This document shows positions 1-20,867 of a stretch of 64,000 nucleotides of DNA, piece by piece. Below the pieces are notes generated by a model, which saw nothing but the letters and a program-made list of their open reading frames with translations, was not told the origin of the DNA and searched no databases. The translations under genes and the position numbers were made by a program. Positions within the stretch are counted from its first letter, which is position 1. Each line of letters begins with the position of its first letter. Source of the DNA: the human T2T-CHM13v2.0 reference genome, Homo sapiens; NCBI RefSeq assembly GCF_009914755.1, contig NC_060926.1; one strand, given 5' to 3'.

Positions 1-454
1 AGCTGTGATTGCACCACTGCACTCCAGCCTGGGTGACAGAGTGAGAACCTGTCTCAAAAAAAACAAAAACAAAAGCATTGTAGGGCAAACTTCACCATGT
101 GAGACAATGTGGGCTCATCAAGGGGTATCTGCAGGCATCCTTGGATGGAGGAAACCCGAGAGGGAAAGACTATACTCTTGATTGCAGTAGTTACGGATTT
201 TCACCAGCTTACCCATAAGGAGAAACTGGAGCCCAAGAACAAACTCTTCTACACAGAATCTATAATTTATTGTCTGTGAGAATTCAGAGTAAACTGCTTG
301 TATTAATAGTTCTCATTCCAGGCTATGGGCTTCTCAGGCACCAAGTCCCAAATAAAACCTCAAAGTTTTGCCATTGGAGGTTTTAGAGCCAGATAAATCT
401 TACTGAACAATTCAGTCAAAAGTCTAGTACATACATTAGTTAAAATGGGTGAGT

Positions 455-925
<471 letters not shown>

Positions 926-2274
926 CTACGTGCCCATCAGCATGCACATTTGCAGGGTCAGCAACTTCAGTCAACCATGATCCCTGTACCCTGGTCCTTA
1001 GCATGTCCTTTTCTTGGTTCCTGATTTTCGTTTTCTTTTCAGAGAAATGCAAGATGCTGAGTTGAAAGCATTTCCCCATAGTAGCTGCATTCTTCCTATT
1101 TGCTCAGCTCTGAGTCATTTCAGGAGTCATCTTTGACTTTCATCTGTCTCTAAAGCCTTACATATAAGTCATCAGAAAATCTGCCTTTGAGATATATCTC
1201 CAGATTCTGTGAATTTCCAGGTACTTCCACCACAACTGTGGTCCACGCTACCATCATCTCTCAGCTGGGTTACTGCAAAGCCTCCTGTCTCCCTGCTCCC
1301 ACACTTGGCCAAATCTAGTTTAGTTTGTAGCCAGCCAGTGTGTTCCTTTTATAACTCAAATTGGATCATGTCACTTCTCTGCTAAGAACCCTTTAATTGA
1401 TCCTCGTGCTACTTGGGAAAAATCCAAAATCTCTACCATATCTTCATGACCTGGCTCCATGCTGCCTCTCAAATCGCCTACCCCTCTCACCCTCACTTGA
1501 GCCACACTGGATGCTTTGCTGTTCCTCAAACACACCAGACACACTTACTTCAGGGTCTTTGTGTTTTTAATTCCTCTGCCTGGACCATTTTCTCCCAGAT
1601 ACACACAGACATCACTTCCTCACTTCCTTCAGGTTTCTGCTCAAATTCATTGTATCAGGAACCCCTCCTCTAAAAACTCTTTCTTGGATAACACACATTC
1701 ATATTCTTCCTAGCCATTCTGTGCCTCCTTACTCTGATTGGCTTTTCTTCAGAGCACTTATCACTGCCTGAAATATTATTTGTTTATTGTCTGTCTTCCT
1801 GCACTAGAGTGTAAGCTCCCTGAGACCAGGGAGTTTGTTCTGTTCATGGCTTACCTCAGCTTCTAGAACAGTGCCTGATATGGGGTAAGCCCTTAAGAAA
1901 CAGGTGTGGGGCTGGGCAGGGTGGCTCATGCCTGTAATCCCAGCACTTTGGGAGGCTGAGGCAGGAGGATGTCTTGATCCCGGGAGTTCAAGACCAGCTG
2001 AGGTAACACAGAGGACCCTGTCTCTAATTTTTTAATGAAAAAAAAACAACAAAAAGAAATAGGTGTGGAATGAATGAGCGGACTTATCACAGGAAGGTGT
2101 CTGCTCACTCTTGCCTAAGCACCTCTGGGAAAGGAGCTTTGATAGGCGCTTCCTCCAGACCCTCTGAGAAGATGCAGTGGAGGAAGTCCCTGCTCCCATG
2201 CAGTGCTATCTCCCATTGTTTGGGTCCTTACTACATCTGGTGGCTGCCCCAGGAAAGCAGGGTTGAGCTGTGGG

Positions 2275-2425
2275 AAAGAGGACGCTGTGTGATGTTGTTT
2301 TGAGAGATGATGCTGAGGTGTTTTGAGTGGATGACCCTGTGAAATGCTATTTTGAGGTGCTGGTATTGTTTTGAGGGATGACGCTGTGAGGATGCTGTTT
2401 TGAGGAATGTGGGCTCTGTGAAATG
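2275..2425 (+). repeat. Degenerate minisatellite (unit about GATGACGCTGTGAGATGCTGTTTTGAG)
   Basis: TTTTGAG recurs five times at about 20-30 bp spacing. Confidence 0.7.
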
Positions 2426-2654
2426 AAGTCACCCAAACCAGTCTGACAGGAGTGATGTCAAGCTTCTGGCCAGTTTAGTAAAAATGTTTAGTCATGAAAC
2501 CAGCAGCTACAAGTAAGCAGGCCTCACTTTCAGAGTCCTCCAGTCATTTGACAAACATAGATTGAATATGTGCTATGTGTCAAATACCATTTGAGGCCCT
2601 AAAGGGACTGTACTAGAAGCTGAAGGTTGTGGGGATATGGACCACAAGGGCCCT

Positions 2655-3810
2655 GTATTAGTCTGTTCCCATACTGCTATGAAGAATACCTGAGACTGGG
2701 TGATTTATAAAGATAAGAGGTTTAATTAACTCCCAGTTCTGATGGCTGGGAAGGCCTCAGGAAACTTACAATCATAGCAGAAGGTGAAGGGGAGAAAGGT
2801 ACCTTCTTCACAGGGCAGCAGGAAAAAGGAGTGCTATGCATAGGGGGAAAAGCCCCTTATAAAACCATCAGATCTCATGAGAGCTCATTCACTATCATGA
2901 GAACAGCATGGGGGAATCGCCCCATTATACAATCACCTCCCACTTGGTCCCTCCTATGACATGTCGGGGCTACAGGAACTACAATTCAAGATGGGATTTA
3001 GGTGGGGTTACATCCAAACCATATAATTCCACCTCTGGTCCCTCCTAAATCTCATGTCCTCAGATTTCAAAACACACTTATGACTTTCCAACAGTCCCCC
3101 AAAGTCTTAGCTCATTCCAGCATTAACCCAAAAGTCTAAGTCCAAAGTCTTATCTGAGGCAAGGCAAGTCCCTTCCACCTGTGAGCCTGTAAAATCAAAA
3201 GTAAGTTAATTACTTCCTAGATACAATGGAGGTATAGGCATTGGGTTAATACCCCCATTTCAAAAGGGAGAAATTGGCCAAAACAAAGGGGCTACAGGCC
3301 CCATGAAAGTCCAAAATCCAATAGGGCAGTCGTTAAACCTTAAAGTTCCAAAATGATCTCCTTTGAGTCCATGTCTCACATCCAGGTCATGCTGATGCAA
3401 GGGGTGAGCTCCCACAGCCTTGGATAGCTCTGCCTCTGTGGCTTTGCAGGGTACACGGTCCCTTCTAGCTCCTTTCATGTGCTCGCATTGAGTGCCTGCA
3501 GCTTTTCCAGGTGTATAGTGCAAGCTGTCAGTGAATCTACCATTCTGGGGTCTGGAGGTCGGTGGCCCTCTTCTCATAACTCCATTAGGCAGTGCCCCAG
3601 TGGGGACTCTGCGTGAGGGCTCTAACCCTGCATTTCCCTTCTGTACTGCCCTACCAGAGGTTCTCTATGAGGGCTCTACCCCTGCAGCAAACTTCTGCCT
3701 GGACATCCAGGTGTTTCCATGCATCCTCTGAAATCTAGGCAGAGGTTCCCAAACCTCAATTCTTGTCTTCTGCACACCCACAGGCCCAATACCATGTGGC
3801 AGCTCCCAAG
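2655..3810 (-). mobile_element. THE1/MST MaLR LTR (2655-3025) plus adjacent internal sequence
   Basis: tgtattagtctgtt...aaaccatat LTR followed by typical THE1-int sequence. Confidence 0.85.
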
Positions 3811-3879
3811 GGGAGATAAGAATTTTCTTATCTGACTATTATTTATTTAATTTACTTAATTTCTTAATTAAGTAAATTA

Positions 3880-4930
3880 AGTAAAATCTTACCAAATGAA
3901 ATACAATTGCCTTCTATCCCCTCCTGTTACCTCATTATCTGTTTCAGAAAAGATGAATAAAGAACACTACCACACCTGGATGGACTTTTTTGCAAGGTAT
4001 TGCTTGCCTCTCAGGCTTATTCAAATTCCAGAAGTGATTCATTTACAAGTTAATTTCTATTTCCCTGATCCATTCATTCTCCCTAATAATCATTTACTGC
4101 CCCTCAAAAGAATTGTCTACATTCTCCATCTCCTCCTTCCACTATGAAAAAGAGTATATACATTTCTGGGCTGAGTGTGGTGGCTCATGCCTGTATTCCC
4201 AGCACTTTGGGAGGTCAAGGCGGGCAGATCTCTTGAGCTCAGGACATCAAGACAAGCCTGGGCAACACGGTGAAACCCCATCATTTAAATTGTTTTAATT
4301 GTTAAAAATACAAAAATTAGCTGGGTGGTGGAGTGTACCTGTAGTCTCAGTTACTTGGGAGACTGAAGTAGGAGGATGGCTTAAGCCCAGGAGGCAGAGT
4401 TTGCAGTGAGCTGAGATCGCATCACTGCATTCTAACCTAGATGACAGAACCAGATCCTGCCTCAAAAAAAAAAAAAGTTTCTCTACCCTATTAAGGGGTG
4501 AAGTAATCACTTTGTGGTTCTCTCCTGCACACGTTAGTATACTTGTATGCCTTTTCTCCTATTAATCTGCCTTTTGTCAGTTGATTTTTCAACAAATGTT
4601 CAGAGAGTGAAGAAGTTTTTCCTTGGCCTCTATAGTTTTGGTGCTGTGAACAGGATACCAAAACTCTGCTCTTCTGGAAGCTGCAGTCAAGGGAAACCAG
4701 GACCTGACAAGTCAGCAGAAGGGTAAAAAATTCTTATGAGACAAAATCCCAGTCTCTTTCTCTCTGGAATCCAGTTGAGTGGACAGTAAAAAATCACTGT
4801 TGTTTTTTTCTTAACAAAATCTTGATTAATGGGTGAAAAGGATTTGTTCGACCGGTCTTGGGTGTAATGACCCTGATGTGCTTTTCTGGTATGAATATTC
4901 ATACTGTCTGATCTTTTTCCTCCCAGAAAT
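3880..4930 (+). mobile_element. ERV1 LTR (MER34/MER39-like) with degenerate PBS at 4639-4656 and leader; Alu inserted at 4168-4476
   Basis: LTR 3' end ..cttttctcctattaatctgccttttgtcagttg..cttggcctctata followed by TGGTGCTGTGAACAGGAT (His-like PBS). Confidence 0.65.
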
Positions 4931-6179
4931 AGTTTTTCCCTTTATCTTTGGGGCTGGTATAGGAGAGTTCGATAAAGGCGGGTGGTTGGCTTGCATGTGA
5001 GAGGAGGTGTCTGAGTCAGTTATTTCCCATCTTTAAGAATTAGCCAACCCGGAGAAGGGCACTTTCCATGCGTCTGGAAAGCTTCCAAATGCCAGAGCAT
5101 CAAGATACAGAAAATAGGAAAACATAGTTAATACAGTGACCTCGTCTCAGGACAAGTTGTGAGTTCCTGTGTGTCCTCTCGTGCTTTTGCTCTGTGAGGA
5201 ACATATCGGGGGGGTTAGCTTGTTGGTCTCAGAATGAGAGACCGTGGAGCAGAGCTGCCCCAGTTAACTGAAAACCTGCAATGTAAAGCGGTCAAGGCAA
5301 GGGCAGAGCTGCTGAACTCCAACTACCTCTGGGCGTGCAAGTGTGATTGTTGTTTCAAGGTACTGAGTTTGAGATGACTTGTTATACAGCATTATTGTGG
5401 CAATAGATTACTGATACAATGATTGTGGGTTATCAGATTACACCTTCTAACTGTTTGGACTTTTTTTTTGAGACAGGGACAAGTTTTTCTTATATAGGGG
5501 TCCTGTCTATGCAAAAACTAAACTCAGCTATGCCTATGTGCTGGTGAGCAGAGAGCGTGACATTTATTATTCTATTCATTTAAAGAAAACTATTCTTGAC
5601 ATTTTAGTATGTGAGTACATCAAAACAAAACTATTATTATCTTGAAAGCATATATTGTTATGGGAATTGGGACTTCTGAACTTTCTGCTATTGTAGGAGT
5701 ATGTCCTTGTAGGTTTTCCTCAACTATAAACATCTTAGGATGACGAGTTGTGGCTGGCAAGGAATGTGCCTTTCAAGTTTCAAGATGGAGTTTGAACTTA
5801 AAATGATGGTTACTGTGGCTCTCCCAGGCTCCTGCTTCCCTAACAACTGGGTCATGTGTCTCTCACTGTTCAGCTCAGTCATCCGGCTCATTCTCATGGT
5901 TGATAACAGAGTTCCAGGTGCAGCGAGAGGGTAAGCTCCTATGTGCAAGTGCTTTTCAAGTCTCTGCTTGTTTCAAATGTGCTATTGCCACATGAATTGA
6001 CGTAAGACCAAACCCTGGGCTAGTATGGGATGGGACAGTGGAACGAGAGCTTGAGAGCCAAATGTTAAATTTCCAGGAATTTTGCAAGCCAGTTGTTAAG
6101 CTGCTGGTAGCTTGAAATTAGCCATGCTGGGAGTAATTATATAACAGAAATTGGCAAATGCTATAAACCAGGACTTTTT

Positions 6180-6210
<31 letters not shown>

Positions 6211-6231
6211 CCAGAAAACCAGTTTAAACAT

Positions 6232-6512
6232 CTCACGCCTGTAATCCTAGCACTTTGGGAGGCTGAGGTGGGGGATCACTTGAGGTCAGGAGTTTGAGAC
6301 CAGCCTAGCCAACATGGTGAAACCCCATCTCCACTAAAAATACAAAAAGTAGCTGGGTGTGGTGGTGTGCACCTGTAAGCCCAGCTACTCAGGAGGCTGA
6401 GGCACGAGAATTGTTTAAACCTGGGAGGAGGAGGTTGCAGAGCCGAGATCACACCACTGCACTCCAGCCTGGGTGACAGAGCAAGACTCTGTCTCAAAAA
6501 AAAAAAAAAAAA
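6232..6512 (+). mobile_element. Alu (S-like), slightly 5'-truncated
   Basis: Alu consensus and poly(A). Confidence 0.9.
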
Positions 6513-6519
6513 TTGCAAG

Positions 6520-6770
6520 AAGTTCTAATTTAACATCTTCGATGGGCTCTTGGAAACTGGGACTTTAAGTGAATTGTTGTACAGTGAGTCCCAGAATAAT
6601 GTAGTTTCCTTCAATGCCTTTTTGTTATAATATTGATGAGAAAAGAAGATTGGTTTCATTATACTTTTTTAAAAAAATTAGCCATTCCTGCATTGCTATA
6701 ATCATACTTTTTGCTTAAAGTCACAGTTTCCAAGAACTTATTAACAACTTTAAGTGAGGACTCACTGTAT
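6520..6770. mobile_element. MER82-like Tigger MITE
   Basis: Inverted ends tcttggaaactgggactttaag / cttaaagtcacagtttccaaga..aagtgaggactcactgta. Confidence 0.65.
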
Positions 6771-7252
6771 ATAAAAATAGAGTCATGTATACATTGAGCA
6801 GTCGAGGGACACATTGTAGTGGTCATTTACTTTTTTAAGCATCATTTAGCCTTTTTCAGTAACAGACCCTGCTTGAATCAAGCTAAGCCACCCTCATGAC
6901 ATAAGGATTTATCCAAAAGACAAGCACATAAACCAAGTTAATTCAAGTGGAATAATTCCACAGGATTTTTTTCAAACTGAAGTTGGGAGAGGAAAGCCCC
7001 TCTTCTCTGTCTTACAAACTGTAATGATCTGAGCCAAGAGCTCCCAGTAGTCATCATTATACTTTTGTGGGAGAGAGCCAGCCTAAGAGAGGAACGCTAA
7101 CATACACAAATTTGCATAAAAGAGAGACCAAAAGAGAAAGCTAGTTGCGGACTGGGAGAGAAAGAGAGAGGGAGAGAGGAAGGAAAAGAAGGGTTTACCC
7201 CAACCTCCTTGCTGTTTGGTTGTGATCCAATACAATATCTATCTGGCTGTCT

Positions 7253-7683
7253 GTGTCAGGCCAGTTTTTGCATCTCTATAAAGAAATGCTTGAATCTGAG
7301 GAATTTATAAAGAAAAGAGGTTTAATTGGCTCATGTTCTTCAGGCTGTACAGGAAGTGTGGTGCTGGCATCTGCTTCTGGCAAGGGCCCCAAGAAGCTTA
7401 CAGTCACGGCAGAAGGTGGAGAGGAAACAGGCATGTCATATGGCGAAAGGGAGCAAGAGAGAGTGAGGACGAGGAGCCAGACTCCTTTAAACAACCAGCT
7501 CTCAAGTGAGCTAACAGACTCACTCATAATAAGAACTCACTCATTACCATGGGGAAGGCAGCAAACCATTGGTGAAAGATTCACCCCCATGATCCAATGG
7601 GCCTTCCACTATACCCCACCTCCAAGATTGGAGGTCACATTTCAACATGAGATTTGGAGGGGACAAACATCCAAACCATATTA
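7253..7683 (-). mobile_element. MST-type MaLR solo LTR
   Basis: gaaaagaggtttaattggctca..ttcaacatgagatttggaggggacaaacatccaaaccatat. Confidence 0.85.
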
Positions 7684-7883
7684 CTGTTTATCTATCTATC
7701 TGTCTTAAAATAGATTGAGTTAACAGTTTCTGTTACTTGCAACCAAACAGTCCTGACTAACACACAAACATAGATATCTTGCTAAAGAGGTGGAGAAGGA
7801 ACCAGTACAAGGAAAGATGAACATTGCTATACAGAGACCAGGATCTGGTTCGGGCATAGTACTCATCCATGGGGGGAAAATTA

Positions 7884-8360
<477 letters not shown>

Positions 8361-8765
8361 TTACAAAATTGTTGCAAGGGCTAGGTGAACAGACTTAAGG
8401 CTGAGCTTCCAGGAATGGCTCCCCTGTAACAACTCCACAGAACTGGCCTGCCAAGAAAGTCATTATCCCAGCTGCTGGCTTGAGGATATACCACCTCAAC
8501 TGCAATTCCTACGAAAAAATGTCATACCCAATACTCTATCTCTTTGCATTCACAAAACTAGGGGCAGTCACTGAAATTTCTGTTCTGTAGCCACAGAAAA
8601 GGCACATGCCTCCTTTACTATGCTTGCTAGGAGAAATGCCAGCAGCCACAGAAAGATGCACTTACTTCTCAATCTCATTTTTTTCAAAGGAACAACCGTT
8701 AACACTTTCTTCTGTATCCTTCCAGAAAATTTCCAAGTGTGCATGTGCATAAAACAAATGAGATG

Positions 8766-10268
<1,503 letters not shown>

Positions 10269-10539
10269 TTAGAAACACCATGTAAAGAGCAAAAGTAAAA
10301 ACAACAACAACAAAAAAGCCTCAGAAACTAGAAACTAAAAAAACCTAAAAAAAAATAAAGAAAAAAAAATTTTGAATTGATGAGTAAATGGCATCCATAG
10401 GCCTGATTTCACATAAGGGATAATCAGATCAATATATCACCCAGTCAATGCCACAGAATCAGACCGTATAGTTCAGAGATCTAAGATGAATAAAAGTCTA
10501 GATGGTGAGACAAGAACCGGATGAAAAGACAGTCATTTG

Positions 10540-11246
10540 GCAGCGAGGAGCAAGCGACGGGCCTCATCCTCACTCTCGCCCGGCTTGTCCTGGGCCCTCC
10601 TGCGGCCCTAGGAATTGCCTGAGGGACAAACAAAGTGGACAAAGTCGCTGACAGACCTGAGTTACTGCCTTGGTCCTGGTGACCCTGCTCCAGGCAGTCC
10701 ATCTCTGTCTGCGATCCATTGATCCTGGCGCCACTCCTGGTGCTTCATTATCGCCCAGAGGGGCCTCTGGAGTGCAAGCCACAAACAGGGAGACAAACCC
10801 AGGGAAGACTCCATGCGGTTCCACAGCAACCAGCCAGTTCTAAAGTCAGCGTCCCTGGCTTCCAGCTCCAACACTGGACATTCCCCCGTGGCTCCCCTGC
10901 CTGGGAATCTGGTGGAGGCTGATTGGGCAGCCCAGGGGATGCCGGTGGGGTGCGGGGAGGAAAGGCTGCAAGGGCAGCTTGGCTGGATCATGGAGGCCCG
11001 GGTGAGGCATTCGGACTTACTCTAAGGGCAAGAGAGCGAGAGACTGCAGCTTGGAGAGGACAGCGGTGCTTTGGAAGATGAATCTGGCTCATTGTGCTAA
11101 GAAAAGGAGGGAGGAGAGTAGCTCTCTAGGTGACCTGGGGCAGTGGCAATAGGTATGAGGGACGTGAGGGGTCTGAGACAAGCAGGGAGGGTGCATTGCC
11201 CAGCCTTCCTGGTTGTGGGTGAGGAGCTGTCGGTGAGGACTTTAAG
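10540..11246 (+). repeat. Direct duplication, copy A high-identity part (partner 54902-55600)
   Basis: Colinear match; 10835-11036 is identical to 55190-55391; the ORF track shows the same peptides at both sites. Confidence 0.97.
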
Positions 11247-11282
11247 CGTTTAAGCCCCACGATCAGGTGTTGTGGATAGGAG

Positions 11283-13710
<2,428 letters not shown>

Positions 13711-14759
13711 ATGCAGAATGCACTCCTGGGAAAAAAGTCTCAGACAGACATCCAAAGGTTGATTCGGCTGTTCTTTTGGGCTCAATGCCTACGGAAGGGA
13801 AGGGGAGGAAGCAGGATTGGGCAGATGGAGAAAGTGAGCTGCAGTACAGCTTCAACAGAGAGCCCTCTGACCCTCCCGGGAGCTGCAAAACTGGGACCAC
13901 CCTGCAGAGTTGTGCCAGCCGGGGCAACGGGTCTGGGTCTTTGTGTTCTCACATTGATGGGTCACAGGATGTGGACCTTTCTGGGAAAGGAATGAGCTTG
14001 GGTGAGGGGCTCTCTGCAGTTGAGGAAACCCCTGGTTTTCTGCCGGCAGTGCTTCTAGCAGTTGGGAGAATAAACCCCTCATTCCTGAGGGGAGCCTTGG
14101 TGGCCCCTCGCAGTGTTTACCATGTTAAGTAAACATGGTAGGGTTGCTGAAGATTAGAGACGCCACAAAGAGGAGTGGGTTTGGGGAAGGCGATGAGCTC
14201 CATTTTGCACATAGTGAGTGTGAGGTGTTTCAGGGGCGTGCACGAGGGGTGTTCAGTGGATAACTTGGTGTACAGGTCTGAAGCTCTGGAGGGAGGTCAA
14301 GAATAGAACTACAGATTTAGCAAAAATATAAGGATTGGGTGGAAATCAGAGGAATGGATGGGACAGTTGGAGTCAGAAGGAGATGACACCTAAGTTGACC
14401 CATCTGGCAGCGGGTCCTCGGTGCAATCTCACAGGAGGAGGCAGCCGGATAAGATCAGCAAAGAACAGTGGCTCAGGAATTCCCAACTCCGTCAGAGCTA
14501 TTGGTGATGAATGAGAGCCCTGGCCACACTCGCCCTCACAGAGCTCTCAGGGACCAATGTACAAATCAGGTGAAATATGCACTGCCCAGTGGGAAGCTGA
14601 ATTGCCCGGGAATGAGACTGCTTCTCCCTACTTCTCGCCTGTCCATGTCCTTCTGTTTCCCCTTTGCCTTGACGCCCTCTCTCTCTCTCTCTCTCTGTCT
14701 TTCTCCTCTTTCTCCTCTTTCTCTCTGTCCAGTTCTTCTCTCTCCCTCTGTCCCTCTGG

Positions 14760-14778
14760 GCCCACTAGAGGGCGGCAG
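14760..14778 (+). promoter_or_regulatory. Putative CTCF motif
   Basis: GCCCACTAGAGGGCGGCAG closely matches the CTCF core CCACYAGRKGGCR, in sequence with no obvious repeat origin. Confidence 0.5.
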
Positions 14779-15179
14779 CCCCCAGTCCAGGCCTGGGCGT
14801 CCACCCTCCCAGCCTTTGCCTGGGCCTGGTGCTCCCGTAGGGAGCGGTGCCAAGATTGCTCTTGGGCCGTGAGGCAGCTCCTCTCCCAGGACTCTGTCCT
14901 GTCCTTATAGGGCTCTCGTGGGTGGGAAATACTGGGTTCAGTAGATAGGGCAGGAACGGCTGCTTCTTTGCCTGGCTTTGCTGAAGCTTGGAGGCTGTGG
15001 CCAGCTGTTCCTGCCTTGACAGATGGGAGAGGCCTGGCACCTACTCGAGGTCTCTGAGTTGACAATCACTTTCTCCTTCTTGCTCCTGGGGCTGTAGGGC
15101 CACGGAGCTTTCAGAAATCAGGACTTGGTCTTGTTCCCATCATTTGTGTCCCAGAGTGTTCTTAAAAGGATTTCTTTTT

Positions 15180-16320
<1,141 letters not shown>

Positions 16321-17847
16321 AAAGAATTTCTTGACACCAATATTGTCCAGGGTATCAAAGGCCCTGGGCTGCTCCACTCCACCTCATGCAGGACCCTCTC
16401 CCTGGGCTTCTTGCCAGGGTGTGTGAGGCCCCAGTGCTTCCTAAAAGGCCCATTGTGACCAGAGATCCAAGGAGCTACATCTGAGAAGCATGCATGGCTC
16501 TGTGTTGCTGAAGGCATGGTTAAGCTAGGAGAAACTACATTTTCCCAAATGACGGGGACAAAAATGGAATGATCTTGTTGGGGAAAGAGTGTGCTTGGAA
16601 GGAACCCCTGGAACAGCAGGTTGGGGACCAGAGTGCTTGTCTAGAGGGGGCCCCAGCAGCCACGCCTCCCTTCTACCCTCTCCCTCCCCCAGCAGCCCAG
16701 GGACTAAGCTGTTAGAGTCCAAATTCATTTATTTTCACGTAGCTATCCAGTCTCCCAACATCATTTGTTGTAAAGACAATTCTCCATTGAATTATCTTGA
16801 TACCCTTCTTGAAAATCAGTAGATCATAAATATATGAGTTTATTTCTCGATACTCTCAATTGTATTCCATTATCCATGACTTATAGTAGTCAGCTAATGA
16901 TTAGAAAGAGCTTTCCTTGAACACCTGATACCAAAATATCTCCCAGTCTTTGCAGATGGGCTTTTTGTAGGTGTTGGGACAGATCTTCAACATTCAGCCA
17001 GGTGGTTTGCAATTGTGCCTTAGCCCTCACCTGCTTGAACAGAGCCTGAGGGGAAGGTCACCCTGACATGGAATTTTAGAGCCTTATCAGGTCTTTTCTG
17101 AGCATGTGTACCACTTTAGGTGTGTGGCCTTCTAGATTTCCAGGAATCTATGAGAAGTTTTCAAAGTCCTTATTGCCCGAAGGAACTCATTCCCCTAGGC
17201 TTTCCATCCAAGTGCATTAGTTAGTCTATTGTATGCCTTGACTGTTAGCAATTGCTGCCTGCTGTGTTAGCTTGGCTGAGTTCCAAGTTAGATGAGCTAA
17301 GGGCAGGCCTTTTGAGCTGGTCTTCCAGGGACAGAACCAATAATTACAATTCTTTGTGTTCCCATTCTGCTCCCTCTGGGACAGTTTGTAATACTGGGAA
17401 TACAGGCTGTTATTTTCAAGGCTACTGCTGAGCTGGGGAGAGGAGGATGAGACCAGAGTCAGTTAAAATGTCACAGAGACCCCCTGCTCTTACCAGGATG
17501 CAACTGTTTTACTAGCTTAGACACTCTCCTGATTACTATAAGCTTTTGATTAGTTTCCAGAATTCTGAAAAAGTTGGCTGAGTGTGGTGGCCCACATCTG
17601 TAATCCCAGCACTTTGGAAAGCTGAGGTGGAAGAGTCACTTGCCGCCAGGAGTTTGAGACTAGCTTGGGCAACATAGTGACAGCCTGTCTCTATAAAGAA
17701 AAAAAAAAAAAAAGAATCCTGAGAAAGTTAATTCTTACAGTATTTTTCATTGATTTTAGGGAGGCACAGGCTTTTGGAGTTTCTTATTCCACCATTTTCA
17801 CTGATGCCACCATCACACCCATCTTGTATTAAAAGAGGGCCTCCAAA

Positions 17848-18141
<294 letters not shown>

Positions 18142-19099
18142 TAAAAAAGGACCTCCAAATTTTACATGCTTCAAGCGCCACAAAACCTGGATCCACCCCT
18201 GGGTGAGGTTATAAGAGGAGGACTCAGTCAGCTTTGGGTATGACCTCATTATATGGTTGCACTTTGATTATCTCTGGGCATATGGGCAACTGAAGCTTCT
18301 AGGTTGAGGTGACAAAGTATTTTGCAAAGCTGGGAAAAGGAAACTTCCTTCATTTCTGCATGGATCCCAGCACCTCCCAGCACTTTGAGGACTGGAAGCT
18401 TTGGAAACACTGCAGGCAGCATCCTTGGATACATTGGCGTTTTCATAGGAGTGAGGGGCCTCCGCTGCAGTGTCATGGGTATAGGGTAGTGGTTGGCAAA
18501 CTGCAGCCAGTGGGAAAACCTGGCCTGCTCCCTGTCTTTGTTTTATGGCCTGTGAGCTAAGAACGTTTTTTACATTTCAAAAAGATTGGGGGAAAAAAAG
18601 CAAAAAAAGAATAATATTTTATGACATACAAAAATTATATGAAATTAAAATGGAAATCTCATTGTTCATAAATAAAGTTTTATTGAGAAACTTGCCACAC
18701 TCATTTGTTGACATATCGTCGATGGCTGCTTTCTCACAGAGTTGAGTCACTGTGACAGGGACTGTGTGCACAGCAAAGAGTAAAATATTGACTACCTGGT
18801 ATTTTCAGAAAAAGCTACTGACTCTTGGCATTGGGCACAGATGGGGAGAATTGGGGCAGGAGAAAGAGCAGAGGAGATGCCATACATAGAATGAGGCTGG
18901 CAGGCTGGCTTTCAGCACAGGTAAGACATTTCCTGAGAAGTCCCTGAAACACTTCAGAAGACTTTGCAGGGGACTGGAGGTCACGTATGATCAAGGTGAG
19001 TAAGAGCAGGAAGCGTGAGTTTTCGACGTCAACATAACTTCATCCATCTCCGTAGGAGAATGGGACATAAGCATTTTCATATTATTCTCATGAATACTT

Positions 19100-20680
<1,581 letters not shown>

Positions 20681-20867
20681 AGGGTAGGGTTCATGCAACT
20701 TTAATTACAGGTTGAGTGCACTGTAACCTTTGTTTCCTGATAGCTGGGGTGATAAAACCGTTGCAAAGATTTCCTGGGTTCCTGATGTGCAGTTGCTTAT
20801 GATGTACAAAGCATCCATCCAACTGTTATTCCTCCCATATTGCTGTGGAATTGGGCAACAGAGATGT

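Noticed and set aside
10813-11025. Identical peptides predicted here and at 54979-55380, suggesting a duplicated small gene
   Set aside because: Identity is at the DNA level in all frames with no synonymous-change pattern, the starts differ between copies, and the 3' part looks L2-derived.
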